From: Longimicrobiales bacterium
GTDB lineage: Bacteria > Gemmatimonadota > Gemmatimonadetes > Longimicrobiales > Gaopeijiaceae
Direction: 5' to 3'
Length of the DNA: 64,000 nt
Assembly: GCA_965204735.1 (NCBI GenBank)
Contig: OZ242008.1
Span: forward strand, 1,376,001-1,440,000
Shown: piece after piece, positions 1 through 8,781 of the stretch
How the letters are laid out: each line of letters starts with the position of its first letter
Position numbering within the stretch: position 1 is the stretch's first letter
Position numbers and translations under genes: made by a program
Notes under the pieces: generated by a model
The model's input: the letters and a program-made list of their open reading frames with translations, nothing else
Told to the model about the DNA's origin: nothing
Database searches by the model: none

Positions 1-256
1 TCAGCCCGAAGCGGAACCAAAGCTTGTTGAACGGGGCGAGCCAATCCGCCTTTGCGAGCGCCACCGCCAGCACCGTTCCCGACGAAAGCAGGGCCCAAGC
101 CGAAGGCCCTTCGCCGCGAAGCAGCGGGAAAAGACCGATCGCCGCGAAGAGAACGGCGAAGACGATGCCGAACCCCCGATTGGACCCCATCTGGACGGGG
201 CCCGCATAGCCGGACAGCTCGAGCGGAGACGATGTTCGGGTGGGCGGAGGGGCCAT
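1..256 (-). CDS. SxtJ-family-like membrane protein (5' part; runs off the left edge)
   Basis: Not in the ORF track because it is open-ended. Manual translation from ATG 256 gives MAPPPTRTSSPLELSGYAGPVQMGSNRGFGIVFAVLFAAIGLFPLLRGEGPSAWALLSSGTVLAVALAKADWLAPFNKLWFRFGL. The 'SNRxFG..F' and 'LAPxNxLWFRFG' pattern with two TM segments resembles SxtJ-family proteins. Confidence 0.7.
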   Translation of the reverse strand, partial: MAPPPTRTSSPLELSGYAGPVQMGSNRGFGIVFAVLFAAIGLFPLLRGEGPSAWALLSSGTVLAVALAKADWLAPFNKLWFRFGL

Positions 257-316
257 CGTGATCCAGCGGGGACGAGCGCAATTTCGGGGAGAACGACGCC
301 AATGGCGGCCAACCTA

Positions 317-345
317 AGCCTAGTCCGCCGGCGCCCATGGGTCAA
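317..345 (-). promoter_or_regulatory. Putative sigma70 promoter for the SxtJ-like gene
   Basis: Minus strand TTGACC (345-340), 17-nt spacer, TAGGCT (322-317). Confidence 0.55.
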
Positions 346-391
346 GGACAGGCGCGGTCGGCGGTCGAGGACAGCCGCTCGGCGCGGCGCT

Positions 392-3121
392 CTAGCGTCG
401 GGACGCCCTGACGACGTCCACTGGGCACACCTTCAGCTCGGCGGTGTGGGTGACCGGGTCGTAGCCGCCGCCGGTGAGGACGTTGACGGGCACGTCGTCG
501 AACGAGAACGAAGCGAACACCGTTCCTTGGGGAGACCTCGTCGTCGCCTTGACCTTGATCCGGACGCTGCCCCGAGCGCTGCGCATCTCGGCCCAGCTTC
601 CGTCGGTAAGGCCGAGGCGGGCCATGTCGGCGGGGTGCATCTCCAGCGCTTCCTCCGGGGCCAGGAAGTCGATCCCCGATGAGCGGCCGGTCTGGGTCCG
701 GGTGTGGTAGGACGGCAGCCGCCTCCCGGTCGTGAGCCAGATCGGGTAGTCGTCCGACACGCTTTCCGCCGGGTCCCGATAGCGGATCTCCCTGAAGATT
801 CCCCGGCCGTTCTCGAAGCGCTCCTCGTGAAGCCTGGGGGTGCCGGGGTGGCCGGCATGGGGCACCGGCCACTGGTACTCGCCGTCTTCGATCCGGTCCC
901 AGTCCAGTCCAGCGTAGATCGGCGAGAGGGCGCACAGCTCGTTGAACACCTCCTTGGCCGACTCGAACTCGAAGCCCTTCCATCCCATCCGCTGCGCCAA
1001 GCGCGACACGATCCACCAATCCGGCCTTGCCGAGCCTGGAGGCGGGACCGCCGCCCTCAGCCGCTGCACGCGCCGCTCGGTGTTGGCGCACACGCCGTCG
1101 GTCTCGGCCCAGCCCGTGGCGGGGAACACCACGTCGGCCATCTCGGCGGTCTCGGTCATGAAGAGGTCGATCACCACCAGGCACTCCAAGCTCTCCAGGG
1201 CGTGCCGGCAGTGGTGGCGGTCCGGGTCCGACACCAGGGTGTTCTCGCCGTCCACGATCATGGCGCGGATCTCGCCGCCGGCCCGCTCCAGGGCCGTGAC
1301 CTTGGTCATGCCTTCCGCCAGGTCCGTCTCGCGCCCGTAGGCCCGAGCGAACTTGGCCTGCGCCGCCGGGTCCAAGACGGACTCGAAGCCCGGGTAGTGA
1401 TTCGGCAGAGCCCCGCTGTCGCCGGCCCCCTGAATGTTGTTCTGTCCCCGCATCGGGTTCACGCCCGTGCCTTCGCGCCCGATGTTGCCGGTCATCAGCG
1501 CCAAGTTGCAGAGGCTCTGGACGTTGTCCACGCCGCAGATGTGCTCGGTGATCCCCAGCGTGTAGTAGATCGCGCCCTGTTCCGCTCTCCCGTACCACAT
1601 CGCCGCCTGCTCGATCTGCTCCGCCGGCGTCTCGCAGATCTCGGAGGCCCACTCCGGGGAAAAGTGCTCCACGTGCTTCAGGAACGCGGGGCCGCCGGTG
1701 GTTCGCGCCGCCATGAAGGCTTCGTCCACCAGCCCCTCCCTTGCGATCACGTGGGCCATTGCCAGAAGGAGGGCCACGTCGGAGCCGACCCGGATCGGCA
1801 GGTGCAGGTCCGCCAAGTCGGCCAGGGGAACGCGCCGGGGGTCCGCCACGATCATCTTGGCGCCCCGCGCCAGAGCCCGCTTCAGCCGCGTGGCCGCCAC
1901 CGGGTGGCACTCGGTCATGTTCGTCCCGATGCAGAAGAAGACGTCGGGCTTCTCCATGTCCGCCAAGGGGTTCGACATCGCCCCTCGTCCGATCGTTGCC
2001 GCCAGACCGGCGACTGTGGGGGCGTGTCAGGCTCGGCTGCAGTTGTCGATGTGGTTGGTCCCGAGCCCGGCCCGGAAGAACCGCTGCATCATGTAGGCGG
2101 CCTCGTGGGGGGCTCGGCCCGACGCGATTCCGTACACGGCGTGCCGCCCGTGCTCTTCCACCACTTCCGAGAGCCCCTCCGCCGCCCGGTCCAGCGCCTC
2201 GTCCCACCCCGCGGGGCGCAGTCGTCCGGTGCCGGCGTCGCGGACGAAGGGCGTGGAGAGCCGGTCCGGATGGTGCACGAAGTCGAAGGCGTACTGGCCC
2301 TTGACGCACAGCGCCCCTTCGTTGGCGGGCCCGTCCATGGCCGGCAGGACCCCCACGAGCTTGTCGCCGCGGGTCATCAGGTCCACCGAGCAGCCGACGC
2401 CGCAGTAGGTGCACACGGTGCGGGTGGTCCTGGTCTCGCCGGGGAGCTCGCTGCCGGCCAGCGCCTTCAGGTCGCCCAGCGCGCCGGTGGGGCAGGTCTG
2501 GACGCACTGGCCGCAGAAGGTGCACGACGAGTCCTTCAGAACGCCGGCGAACTCGGTGACGATCTGCGTGTCGAAGCCCCGGTTCGCGATCGAGATCGCG
2601 TAGTCGCCCTCCTGCTCGGCGCACACCCGCACGCACCGGTAGCACGAGATGCAGTTCTCGTAGTCGCGCTTGATGAAGGGGTTGTCGTCGTCGAGGCGGC
2701 TCGCTCCCGAGGTCGCGCCCGCGAAGCGGCCGGTGCGGGCGTCGCAGCGGTCGAGCAGCCGGGCCGTCTCCTGGGAAGCGTAGCCATGAAGGGGATCCAC
2801 GTCCGCGTCCCGGTTCTCCGACGCCACCAGCTCCATGAGCACGCGCCGGTCCGCCTCGACCGCGGGGGTCCGGGTGCGCACCACCATCCCGTCGGCGGCC
2901 CTGGTCGTGCAGGACGCCACCGGGTTGCGCGCTCCCTCCAGCTCCACCACGCACAGCCGGCAGCCGCCGAAGGGCTCCAGCCGGGGGTCGTAGCAGAGCG
3001 ACGGAACCTCCCGCCCGTGGCGCTGGGCGAGGTCGTAGAGGGTTTCGCCAGGGTCGAAGGCGACGGTCTCGCCGTCCAAGGCAAGGGTGGGGCGAGCCGC
3101 CGCCGAGCCGTTCGTCCTCAT
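392..3121 (-). CDS. fdhF: Formate dehydrogenase alpha subunit, selenocysteine-containing (Mo/W-bis-PGD), ~909 aa
   Basis: ORFs 2027..3217 and 392..1978 are in the same frame and joined by TGA at 2029-2027, reading NHIDNCSRA-U-HAPTVAGLAATIGRGAMSN (the FDH active-site U/C-H motif). Also an N-terminal 2Fe-2S motif, two CxxCxxCxxxC motifs, CTYCGVGC, RGQNNIQG, and a C-terminal molybdopterin-binding domain (LTTGR..YHT). ATG 3121 overlaps the upstream stop (ATGA). Confidence 0.93.
1998..2014 (-). promoter_or_regulatory. Bacterial SECIS-like hairpin
   Basis: 12 nt downstream of the UGA: GUCGCC-GGUCU-GGCGGC stem-loop with G residues in the loop. Position and loop resemble the E. coli fdhF SECIS (UGA CAC GGC CCA UCG GUU GCA GGU CUG CAC). 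Confidence 0.8.
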
Positions 3122-4803
3122 CGTCCCTCCCCTTTCTCCACATGGCTCCTGACCTGCTCCGGGAAGCACCGCAGCAGACTCTCGGTCAGAAGGGGCGCCG
3201 CCTGGCCCAAGCCGCACGCGCTCGTTCGCTTCATGGTAGCGTTCAAGTCCGTCACTTCGTCAAGCCACTCGTCCAGTCGCTCCGGACCTCCGCCCTCGAG
3301 CCGCTCCACGAGCCGACGGGTGCCGATCCGGCAGGGAAAGCACTTCCCGCACGACTCCTCGGCGAAGAACTCCATCGCCTCGCGCGTCTCCGCCACCATC
3401 TCCCGGGAGTCGTCGTAGGCGATGATTCCTCCCGCGCCCAAGAAGCTGCCCTTTGCCCGGACCGCCGGCTCGTCCAAGGTGACGTCGATCTCCGACCCGG
3501 CCAGAAAGCCGCCCGAGAGCCCGGCCATGGTGACCGCCTGGAAGGAGCGTCCCGAGGGAGGCCCTCCTGCCGCGCCCTCGAGGAGCTTCCGCAAGGGATA
3601 CCCGATGGGCACCTCGTAGTTGCCGGGCCGCCGCACGTCGCCCGAAAGGCTGATCACCTTCGTGCCCGCGTGCTCGCCCAGCCCCAGTCCCCTGTACCAC
3701 TCGGCTCCACGGGCGACGATCGGCGCGGCCGACGAGAGGGTCTCCACGTTGTTGACCGCCGTGGGCAGGTTCTCGTAGCCGTGAGTCACCGGGTACGGGG
3801 GACGGTTCCGAGGAAAGGGATGCTTGCCCTCCAGGGAGTTGAGCAGGGACGTCTCCTCGCCGCAGATGTAGGCCCCCGCGCCTCGCCGGACGACCACGCT
3901 GAAGGAGAATCCGGAGCCCATCACTTCGTTCCCCAGCACTCCCGACGCTTCCGCTTCCGAGATCGCTTCCTCCAGCACGTGGACCGTCTCCGGGTACTCG
4001 TAGCGCAGGTACACGAACCCTCGCTCCGCGCCGGTGGCGTACGCCGCCAAGGCCATTCCCTCCAGCATTCCGTGGGGATCGTGGTCCATGAGGACTCGGT
4101 CCTTGAAGCACCCGGGCTCCCCTTCGTCGGCGTTGCACACCACCGTCTTCGGCCGACGTGGAGCCTCGGCCACCGCCCGCCACTTCCGTCCTGTGGGGAA
4201 GCCCGCGCCCCCCCGCCCGGCGAGCCCGCTCCGGTCCACCACGTCCAGGACCTCTGCCGGCGTCATCCGGGTCACCGCCTTGGCCAGGGCCTCGTAGCCT
4301 CCCTGGCCCCGGTAGCCCTTCAGCGTGGCCCTCCCGGGGGAACGGATCCCGGCGAAGACGCACTCCTCCGCGCCGTCGGGCGGAGGCTGCGGCAGGGGCG
4401 AGGGCTCGCTCGTCAAGACGCCCCCCGGCTCGGCCGTCAGCACGGAGTTGCCTTGCAGGACGGGAACGGGCGCGTCGCAGCGGCCCGGGCAGGGCATGGC
4501 GACCGGGTTCCGGCCCTCGGCCCTCAGCTCTGCCAGGACGGTTCCGGCGCCGTGGTGGCGGCACACCGGTCCAGTGCAGACCCGGGGCCGCTCCAGTCCG
4601 CCCTGGTCCCGGGAGAAGTGGTGGTAGAAGGTCACGGTGCCGAAGAGGTCGGCGACGGGGATCCTCAACCCGGTCGAGACGGCCCGGACCGCGTCCTCCG
4701 ACAAGTGGCCGTCCCGCTCGTGGAAGGCGTGGAGGAGCGGAAGAAGCGGCGCCGGCTCGCTCCGCCATCGGTCCAGAAGCTCTTGGTTGGTGGCTCTTGA
4801 CAT
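3118..4803 (-). CDS. NAD(H)-binding diaphorase subunit, NuoE-NuoF (FdsG-FdsB-like) fusion
   Basis: N-terminal NuoE-like domain (LLPLLH..H..GHL, VTFYHHF, CTGPVC...CPGRC). NuoF motifs GRGGAGFPTG, NADEGEPG, GAGAYICGEETSLL and ESCGKCFPCRIG...CGLG. Confidence 0.9.
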   Translation of the reverse strand: MSRATNQELLDRWRSEPAPLLPLLHAFHERDGHLSEDAVRAVSTGLRIPVADLFGTVTFYHHFSRDQGGLERPRVCTGPVCRHHGAGTVLAELRAEGRNPVAMPCPGRCDAPVPVLQGNSVLTAEPGGVLTSEPSPLPQPPPDGAEECVFAGIRSPGRATLKGYRGQGGYEALAKAVTRMTPAEVLDVVDRSGLAGRGGAGFPTGRKWRAVAEAPRRPKTVVCNADEGEPGCFKDRVLMDHDPHGMLEGMALAAYATGAERGFVYLRYEYPETVHVLEEAISEAEASGVLGNEVMGSGFSFSVVVRRGAGAYICGEETSLLNSLEGKHPFPRNRPPYPVTHGYENLPTAVNNVETLSSAAPIVARGAEWYRGLGLGEHAGTKVISLSGDVRRPGNYEVPIGYPLRKLLEGAAGGPPSGRSFQAVTMAGLSGGFLAGSEIDVTLDEPAVRAKGSFLGAGGIIAYDDSREMVAETREAMEFFAEESCGKCFPCRIGTRRLVERLEGGGPERLDEWLDEVTDLNATMKRTSACGLGQAAPLLTESLLRCFPEQVRSHVEKGEGR

Positions 4804-4937
4804 GCCGAACCGAGGGTGGAGGTTCGTGGCGAAAGCGCCAGTGTCGAAACATATGTTCCGCCGCGCGGCTTCGGAAAGGGCGCTCGGGCGGCCGCGCCAG
4901 GTGGAAAGTCGGGCCGAGGGAGGGGAACTTTGACGCC

Positions 4938-5792
4938 ATGAACGCCAGACGAAGGGCTGCCCGTGTTCGGGTGCGCCGCCTGAGGAACGGCGGGTTCTCG
5001 CGACGGGCCGACCAAGTGGCCGTCGAGGAGCCGATGGAGGTGCGCGTCGAGGTCCCGTCGCCGGCCGGGCCCCGGGAGCATCCGGTCGCCGTCACCATGC
5101 GGACCCCGGGCGACGACTTCGAGCTGGCCGTCGGCTTCCTCGTCACCGAGGGATTGGTGTCCGGTCCCGATGCCGTGGCGGCGGTGCGCTACTGCCAGGA
5201 CGTGGAGCCGCAGGAGTACAACGTGGTGACGGTTTCGACGAGCGGCGCAGCCGGCTTTGACGCCTCGGGCTTGACCCGCAACTTCTACGTCACGTCTTCC
5301 TGCGGCGTCTGCGGCAAGGCGTCTCTGGAGGCGGTGGAGGTGATGGGGTGCGGGCCCGTAGAGGGGAAGGGCTTCACGATCGACGAAGCGGCGCTGCGAG
5401 CGCTGCCGGGGCGCCTTCGGGCAGCCCAGCGGGTCTTCGAGCGAACGGGGGGGATCCACGCCGCGGGCCTCTTCGACGCTTCCGGCGAGGTCTCGCTGGT
5501 TCGGGAGGACGTGGGCCGCCACAACGCGGTCGACAAGGCCGTCGGGGCGCTGGCGCTTGCCGGCGAGCTCCCCGGCGACGGGCTTGGGCTGGTCGTGTCG
5601 GGGCGCACCTCCTTCGAGATCCTTCAGAAGGCGGCGATGGCCGGCTTCCCCGTCGTGGCGGCCGTGGGCGCTCCCTCCAGCCTGGCGGTGGCGTTCGCCC
5701 GGCGCTTCAACATGACTCTCACCGGCTTCACCACCCAGGGCGGCTGCAACCTCTACGCCGGCGAGGCGCGGGTCGTGGGCGCGTCCGAGTGA
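4938..5792 (+). CDS. fdhD: Formate dehydrogenase accessory sulfurtransferase FdhD
   Basis: Motifs AVEEP, TMRTPG.DFELAVGFL.TEG, SSCGVCG, F.RTGGIHAA, REDVGRHNAVDK, SGR.SFE. Confidence 0.93.
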   Translation: MNARRRAARVRVRRLRNGGFSRRADQVAVEEPMEVRVEVPSPAGPREHPVAVTMRTPGDDFELAVGFLVTEGLVSGPDAVAAVRYCQDVEPQEYNVVTVSTSGAAGFDASGLTRNFYVTSSCGVCGKASLEAVEVMGCGPVEGKGFTIDEAALRALPGRLRAAQRVFERTGGIHAAGLFDASGEVSLVREDVGRHNAVDKAVGALALAGELPGDGLGLVVSGRTSFEILQKAAMAGFPVVAAVGAPSSLAVAFARRFNMTLTGFTTQGGCNLYAGEARVVGASE

Positions 5793-6970
5793 CCGGCAAG
5801 CTGCTGGGCGCGGTTCTGGCCGGGGGGGCGAGCCGCCGCTTCGGGTCGCCCAAGGCGCTGGCCAAGCTCCACGGACGGCCCCTGTGGAGGCTGGCGGTCG
5901 ACCGGCTGGAGCCCTTGTGCGCCCGGGTCGTGGTGGTCGGGGCCGATCCCGCGGCGTTCCCCGGGCCGGCCGGCCTCGCCGACGGGGCCGCCGCGCCGAG
6001 GGCGCGCGACCGGGTGGAGGCGGCGCCGGATCGGACGCCTGGAGCGGGTCCCCTGGGCGGCGTGGAGGCGGCGCTGGCGCTGGCGGCCCAGGTGGGGCTG
6101 GACGGGGCGCTGGCGCTGGCGGTGGACATGCCCTGGGCGCCGGAGGCCGCTCTTCGGCGGCTGGCGGAGGAGTTCGCCGTCGGGGTCGCGGGCGAAGTGC
6201 GCCTCCGGGCCCCCCGGAGCGGTCCCCCCTGGGGGTTCGAGCCTCTGTGCGCGGCCTATCCGGTGGGCGTGCTGCCGCGGCTGGAGGCGGCGCTGGCGGC
6301 CGGGGTTCGCCAAGCCGGCGCCTTCGCCCGTTCCCAGCGCCCGGCGCTGGTGGAGTGCGGCGTGCCCCGGGAAGCGTTCCGCAGCGTCAACGCCCCCGGC
6401 GACCTGCCGCCCCCGACCGTGTCGGTGGTCGGCAACAAGAACTCGGGCAAGACGACGCTGGCGGTGGCGCTGATCGACGAGCTGGCCAGGCGAGGGAGGC
6501 GGGTCATGTCCGCGAAGCACGGCCATCGCTTCCGCCTCGACGCTCCGGGAACCGACTCGTGGCGCCACCGCCACGAGGGAGGGGCGGAACGGGTCCTCCT
6601 GGCGGGCCCTCGGGAGTTTGCGCTCGTGGGCGAGTGGAGCCCGGATCGGGACGAAGGGGCTCGGCGCGTCGGGTCGCCGCGCGCCCGGCCCGCGCCGCCC
6701 TCCTTGGACCTTCTCTTGACGCGCCACTTGGCCGGCGCCGAGATCGTGGTCGCCGAGGGCTTCCGGAACGCCGACGCGCCGAAGATCCAGATCCACCGTT
6801 CGGGCGCCCAGCCCGAGCCGGCGTTCCCGCCGGAGGAAGCCCGGTCCGCCGGCGTCCTGGCGGTGGTCACCGACCGCCCGGACCTCCCCTGGCGGCTCCC
6901 GGTCTTCGACCCGGACGCCCCGAAGTCGGTTCCGTCCCTTGCCGACTTGGTGGAGGAGGTCCTGCTGTGA
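5789..6970 (+). CDS. mobAB: Bifunctional MobA (Moco guanylyltransferase)-MobB fusion
   Basis: GTG start overlapping the fdhD stop. MobA motifs LAGGASRRFG..KA, GPLGG, VDMP, EPLCA.Y, SVN, then MobB P-loop GNKNSGKTT, KH.H, D.PGTDSWRH, AEGF. Confidence 0.85.
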   Translation: MTGKLLGAVLAGGASRRFGSPKALAKLHGRPLWRLAVDRLEPLCARVVVVGADPAAFPGPAGLADGAAAPRARDRVEAAPDRTPGAGPLGGVEAALALAAQVGLDGALALAVDMPWAPEAALRRLAEEFAVGVAGEVRLRAPRSGPPWGFEPLCAAYPVGVLPRLEAALAAGVRQAGAFARSQRPALVECGVPREAFRSVNAPGDLPPPTVSVVGNKNSGKTTLAVALIDELARRGRRVMSAKHGHRFRLDAPGTDSWRHRHEGGAERVLLAGPREFALVGEWSPDRDEGARRVGSPRARPAPPSLDLLLTRHLAGAEIVVAEGFRNADAPKIQIHRSGAQPEPAFPPEEARSAGVLAVVTDRPDLPWRLPVFDPDAPKSVPSLADLVEEVLL

Positions 6971-8205
6971 GCGCCGACTCGCCCGCCTCTGCCCGCTCGG
7001 GTCGCCCGCGAGCCTGCGGCAAGCCGACCGCCGGTCGCCCCGTCGCTCCGAGCCGCCGCGCCCCGCGAGACCCCGACCGGCTTGCTTCCCTGGACGGCTT
7101 CCGGGGGCTGGCCGTCGCGGGGATGATCCTGGTCAACAACCCGGGCAGCTGGGATCACGTATACGCTCCTCTCCGCCACGCGGAGTGGCACGGCGCGACT
7201 CCCACCGACCTGATCTTTCCTTTCTTTCTCTTCGGCGTGGGCGCGTCGATGTCGTTCTCCTTCGCCGCGCGAAGGGCCCGGGGCGACTCCCGCGCCGCGC
7301 TCTGGCGCCACGGCGTCCGCCGGTCCGCAGTGATCTACCTCCTGGGGCTCCTCATGGCGGCGTACCCCCACTTCGATCTTGCCACGGTGCGCCTCACCGG
7401 CGTGCTCGCCCGGATCGCGCTCGCGTACTTGGCCGCGGCCACCCTCGTCCTCTCCCTCTCCCGGCGAGCCGTCGCGGGCGCGGCCGCGGCTCTCCTGGCC
7501 GGCTACTGGGCGCTGCTGGCGCTGGCGGCCGTTCCCGGCTTCGGTCCCGGCGACCTCTCTCCCGAAGGGAACTTGGCCGCCTACCTGGACCGGCTGCTCC
7601 TGGGTCCCCACATCTGGCGGGGCGGGGGAGGAGTCTACGACCCGGAGGGGGCGCTGAGCACCCTGCCGGCGGTGGCCAGCGTCCTGGGCGGGATCTTCGC
7701 GGGCGACTTCCTGCGCGCCCGCCGCCGCGGCGTCGCGAGCGCGGCCGCCGCCGTCCCAAGCGCCGTGGGCCGCCACGGCGCCGACGGGCGTGCCAGCCTC
7801 GCCATGGTTCTGGCCGGGGCCGCGCTGATCGCCGGCGGCTTGGCTTGGAACGTGGTCCTCCCAGTCAACAAGCCCCTGTGGACCAGTTCCTACGTGGCGT
7901 GGAGCACAGGGTGGGCCCTGGTCGTGCTGGCCGTCCTCCACTGGGTCGTGGACGTCCGCGGTTGGCGCAAGTGGGCTCGCCCGCTGGTCGCATACGGAGC
8001 CAACCCCATCTTGGTGTTCGTCGCGTCGGGGCTGCTGGCGAAGCAGCTGATCGCGTGGTCCCTCTACTCCCGCATCTACGAAGCAGCGTTCGCGTCGTGG
8101 GCCGGGCCGGTCAACGGGTCGCTCGCCTTCGCCGGCGCCGCCGTGGTCCTCTGGCTTGCCGTGGCCTGGGTCCTCCACGCCCGGCGCATCCTGATCAAGG
8201 TGTAG
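6967..8205 (+). CDS. HGSNAT/NagX-like membrane acyltransferase
   Basis: Motifs RLASLDGFRGL, MILVNNPG, LRHAEWHG.TPTDLIFPFFLF.VG, GVLARIA, DPEG.LST, PVNKPLWTSSY, G.NPI; multiple TM segments. Confidence 0.85.
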   Translation: MSADSPASARSGRPRACGKPTAGRPVAPSRRAPRDPDRLASLDGFRGLAVAGMILVNNPGSWDHVYAPLRHAEWHGATPTDLIFPFFLFGVGASMSFSFAARRARGDSRAALWRHGVRRSAVIYLLGLLMAAYPHFDLATVRLTGVLARIALAYLAAATLVLSLSRRAVAGAAAALLAGYWALLALAAVPGFGPGDLSPEGNLAAYLDRLLLGPHIWRGGGGVYDPEGALSTLPAVASVLGGIFAGDFLRARRRGVASAAAAVPSAVGRHGADGRASLAMVLAGAALIAGGLAWNVVLPVNKPLWTSSYVAWSTGWALVVLAVLHWVVDVRGWRKWARPLVAYGANPILVFVASGLLAKQLIAWSLYSRIYEAAFASWAGPVNGSLAFAGAAVVLWLAVAWVLHARRILIKV

Positions 8206-8542
8206 GGGCGTCGGCTTCGGAAGGTTCGACGGCGGCGTCCGGCCCCCGAGGCAGCGCACCGGACTTCTCGACTCCCCGGAGGCTCGCGTTGAACTCGGAC
8301 ACCTCCACGAGACGGTTCAGGGCGCCCTGCATCTCGTCGATCTGTTGCTCCAGAAGAGCGAGCCGGCGCTCGGCGAGCCTCGTCGCCTCCTCCGAGCCCT
8401 TCCCTTCGAAGTACCGCCCAAGGGCGTCCACGATCGGCTTGAGGGCGTAGCGCGCCGTCAGCCCCGCCACGGGGATGAGCACGATCGAGATGCCCATGAT
8501 CACGGACACCAAGGCGACGAAGTCGATGGGAAGAACGTTCAT
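8195..8542 (-). CDS. Small membrane-anchored coiled-coil hypothetical protein
   Basis: 115 aa with an N-terminal TM segment and a heptad-rich C-terminus; GAGG upstream of the ATG. Confidence 0.7.
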   Translation of the reverse strand: MNVLPIDFVALVSVIMGISIVLIPVAGLTARYALKPIVDALGRYFEGKGSEEATRLAERRLALLEQQIDEMQGALNRLVEVSEFNASLRGVEKSGALPRGPDAAVEPSEADAPTP

Positions 8543-8596
8543 GGCCGGCCTCTTCGGGCGTGTGGGATTGCTCGGGCGCGTGGGATTGCGCTTCGG

Positions 8597-8660
8597 GCGT
8601 CGGGAGATCGCGCTTCTTGCGTCGGGAGATCGCGCTTCTTGCGTCGGGGGATCGCGCTTC
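8597..8660. repeat. 22-bp tandem repeat, ~3 copies (GCGTCGGGAGATCGCGCTTCTT)
   Basis: Units at 8597-8618, 8619-8640 and 8641-8660 (partial, one mismatch). Preceded by a GTGGGATTGC duplication; lies in a divergent intergenic region. Confidence 0.9.
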
Positions 8661-8781
8661 GGGTGCGCCGGCGGGCGTCGCGAGCTGGTCGCGAGCCGGC
8701 CGGAAACTTGGACGATGCTTGTGGAGTATGGGTTTCCCGAGCGGGCGAAGGGCGTCCGCCGACGACCAGGAGGAAACGACG

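Noticed and set aside
392..3217. FDH alpha subunit as a pseudogene or as two genes
   Set aside because: The stop is a TGA at the catalytic Sec position with a SECIS-like hairpin, and both halves are in frame and intact.
4804..4937. Moco/Wco riboswitch upstream of fdhD-mobAB
   Set aside because: GAAA-loop mini-hairpins are present, but I could not match the conserved architecture by eye, and the region must also hold two promoters; needs an Infernal search.
8597..8660. Possible CRISPR array
   Set aside because: The repeats are contiguous with no spacers, and no cas genes are in the window.
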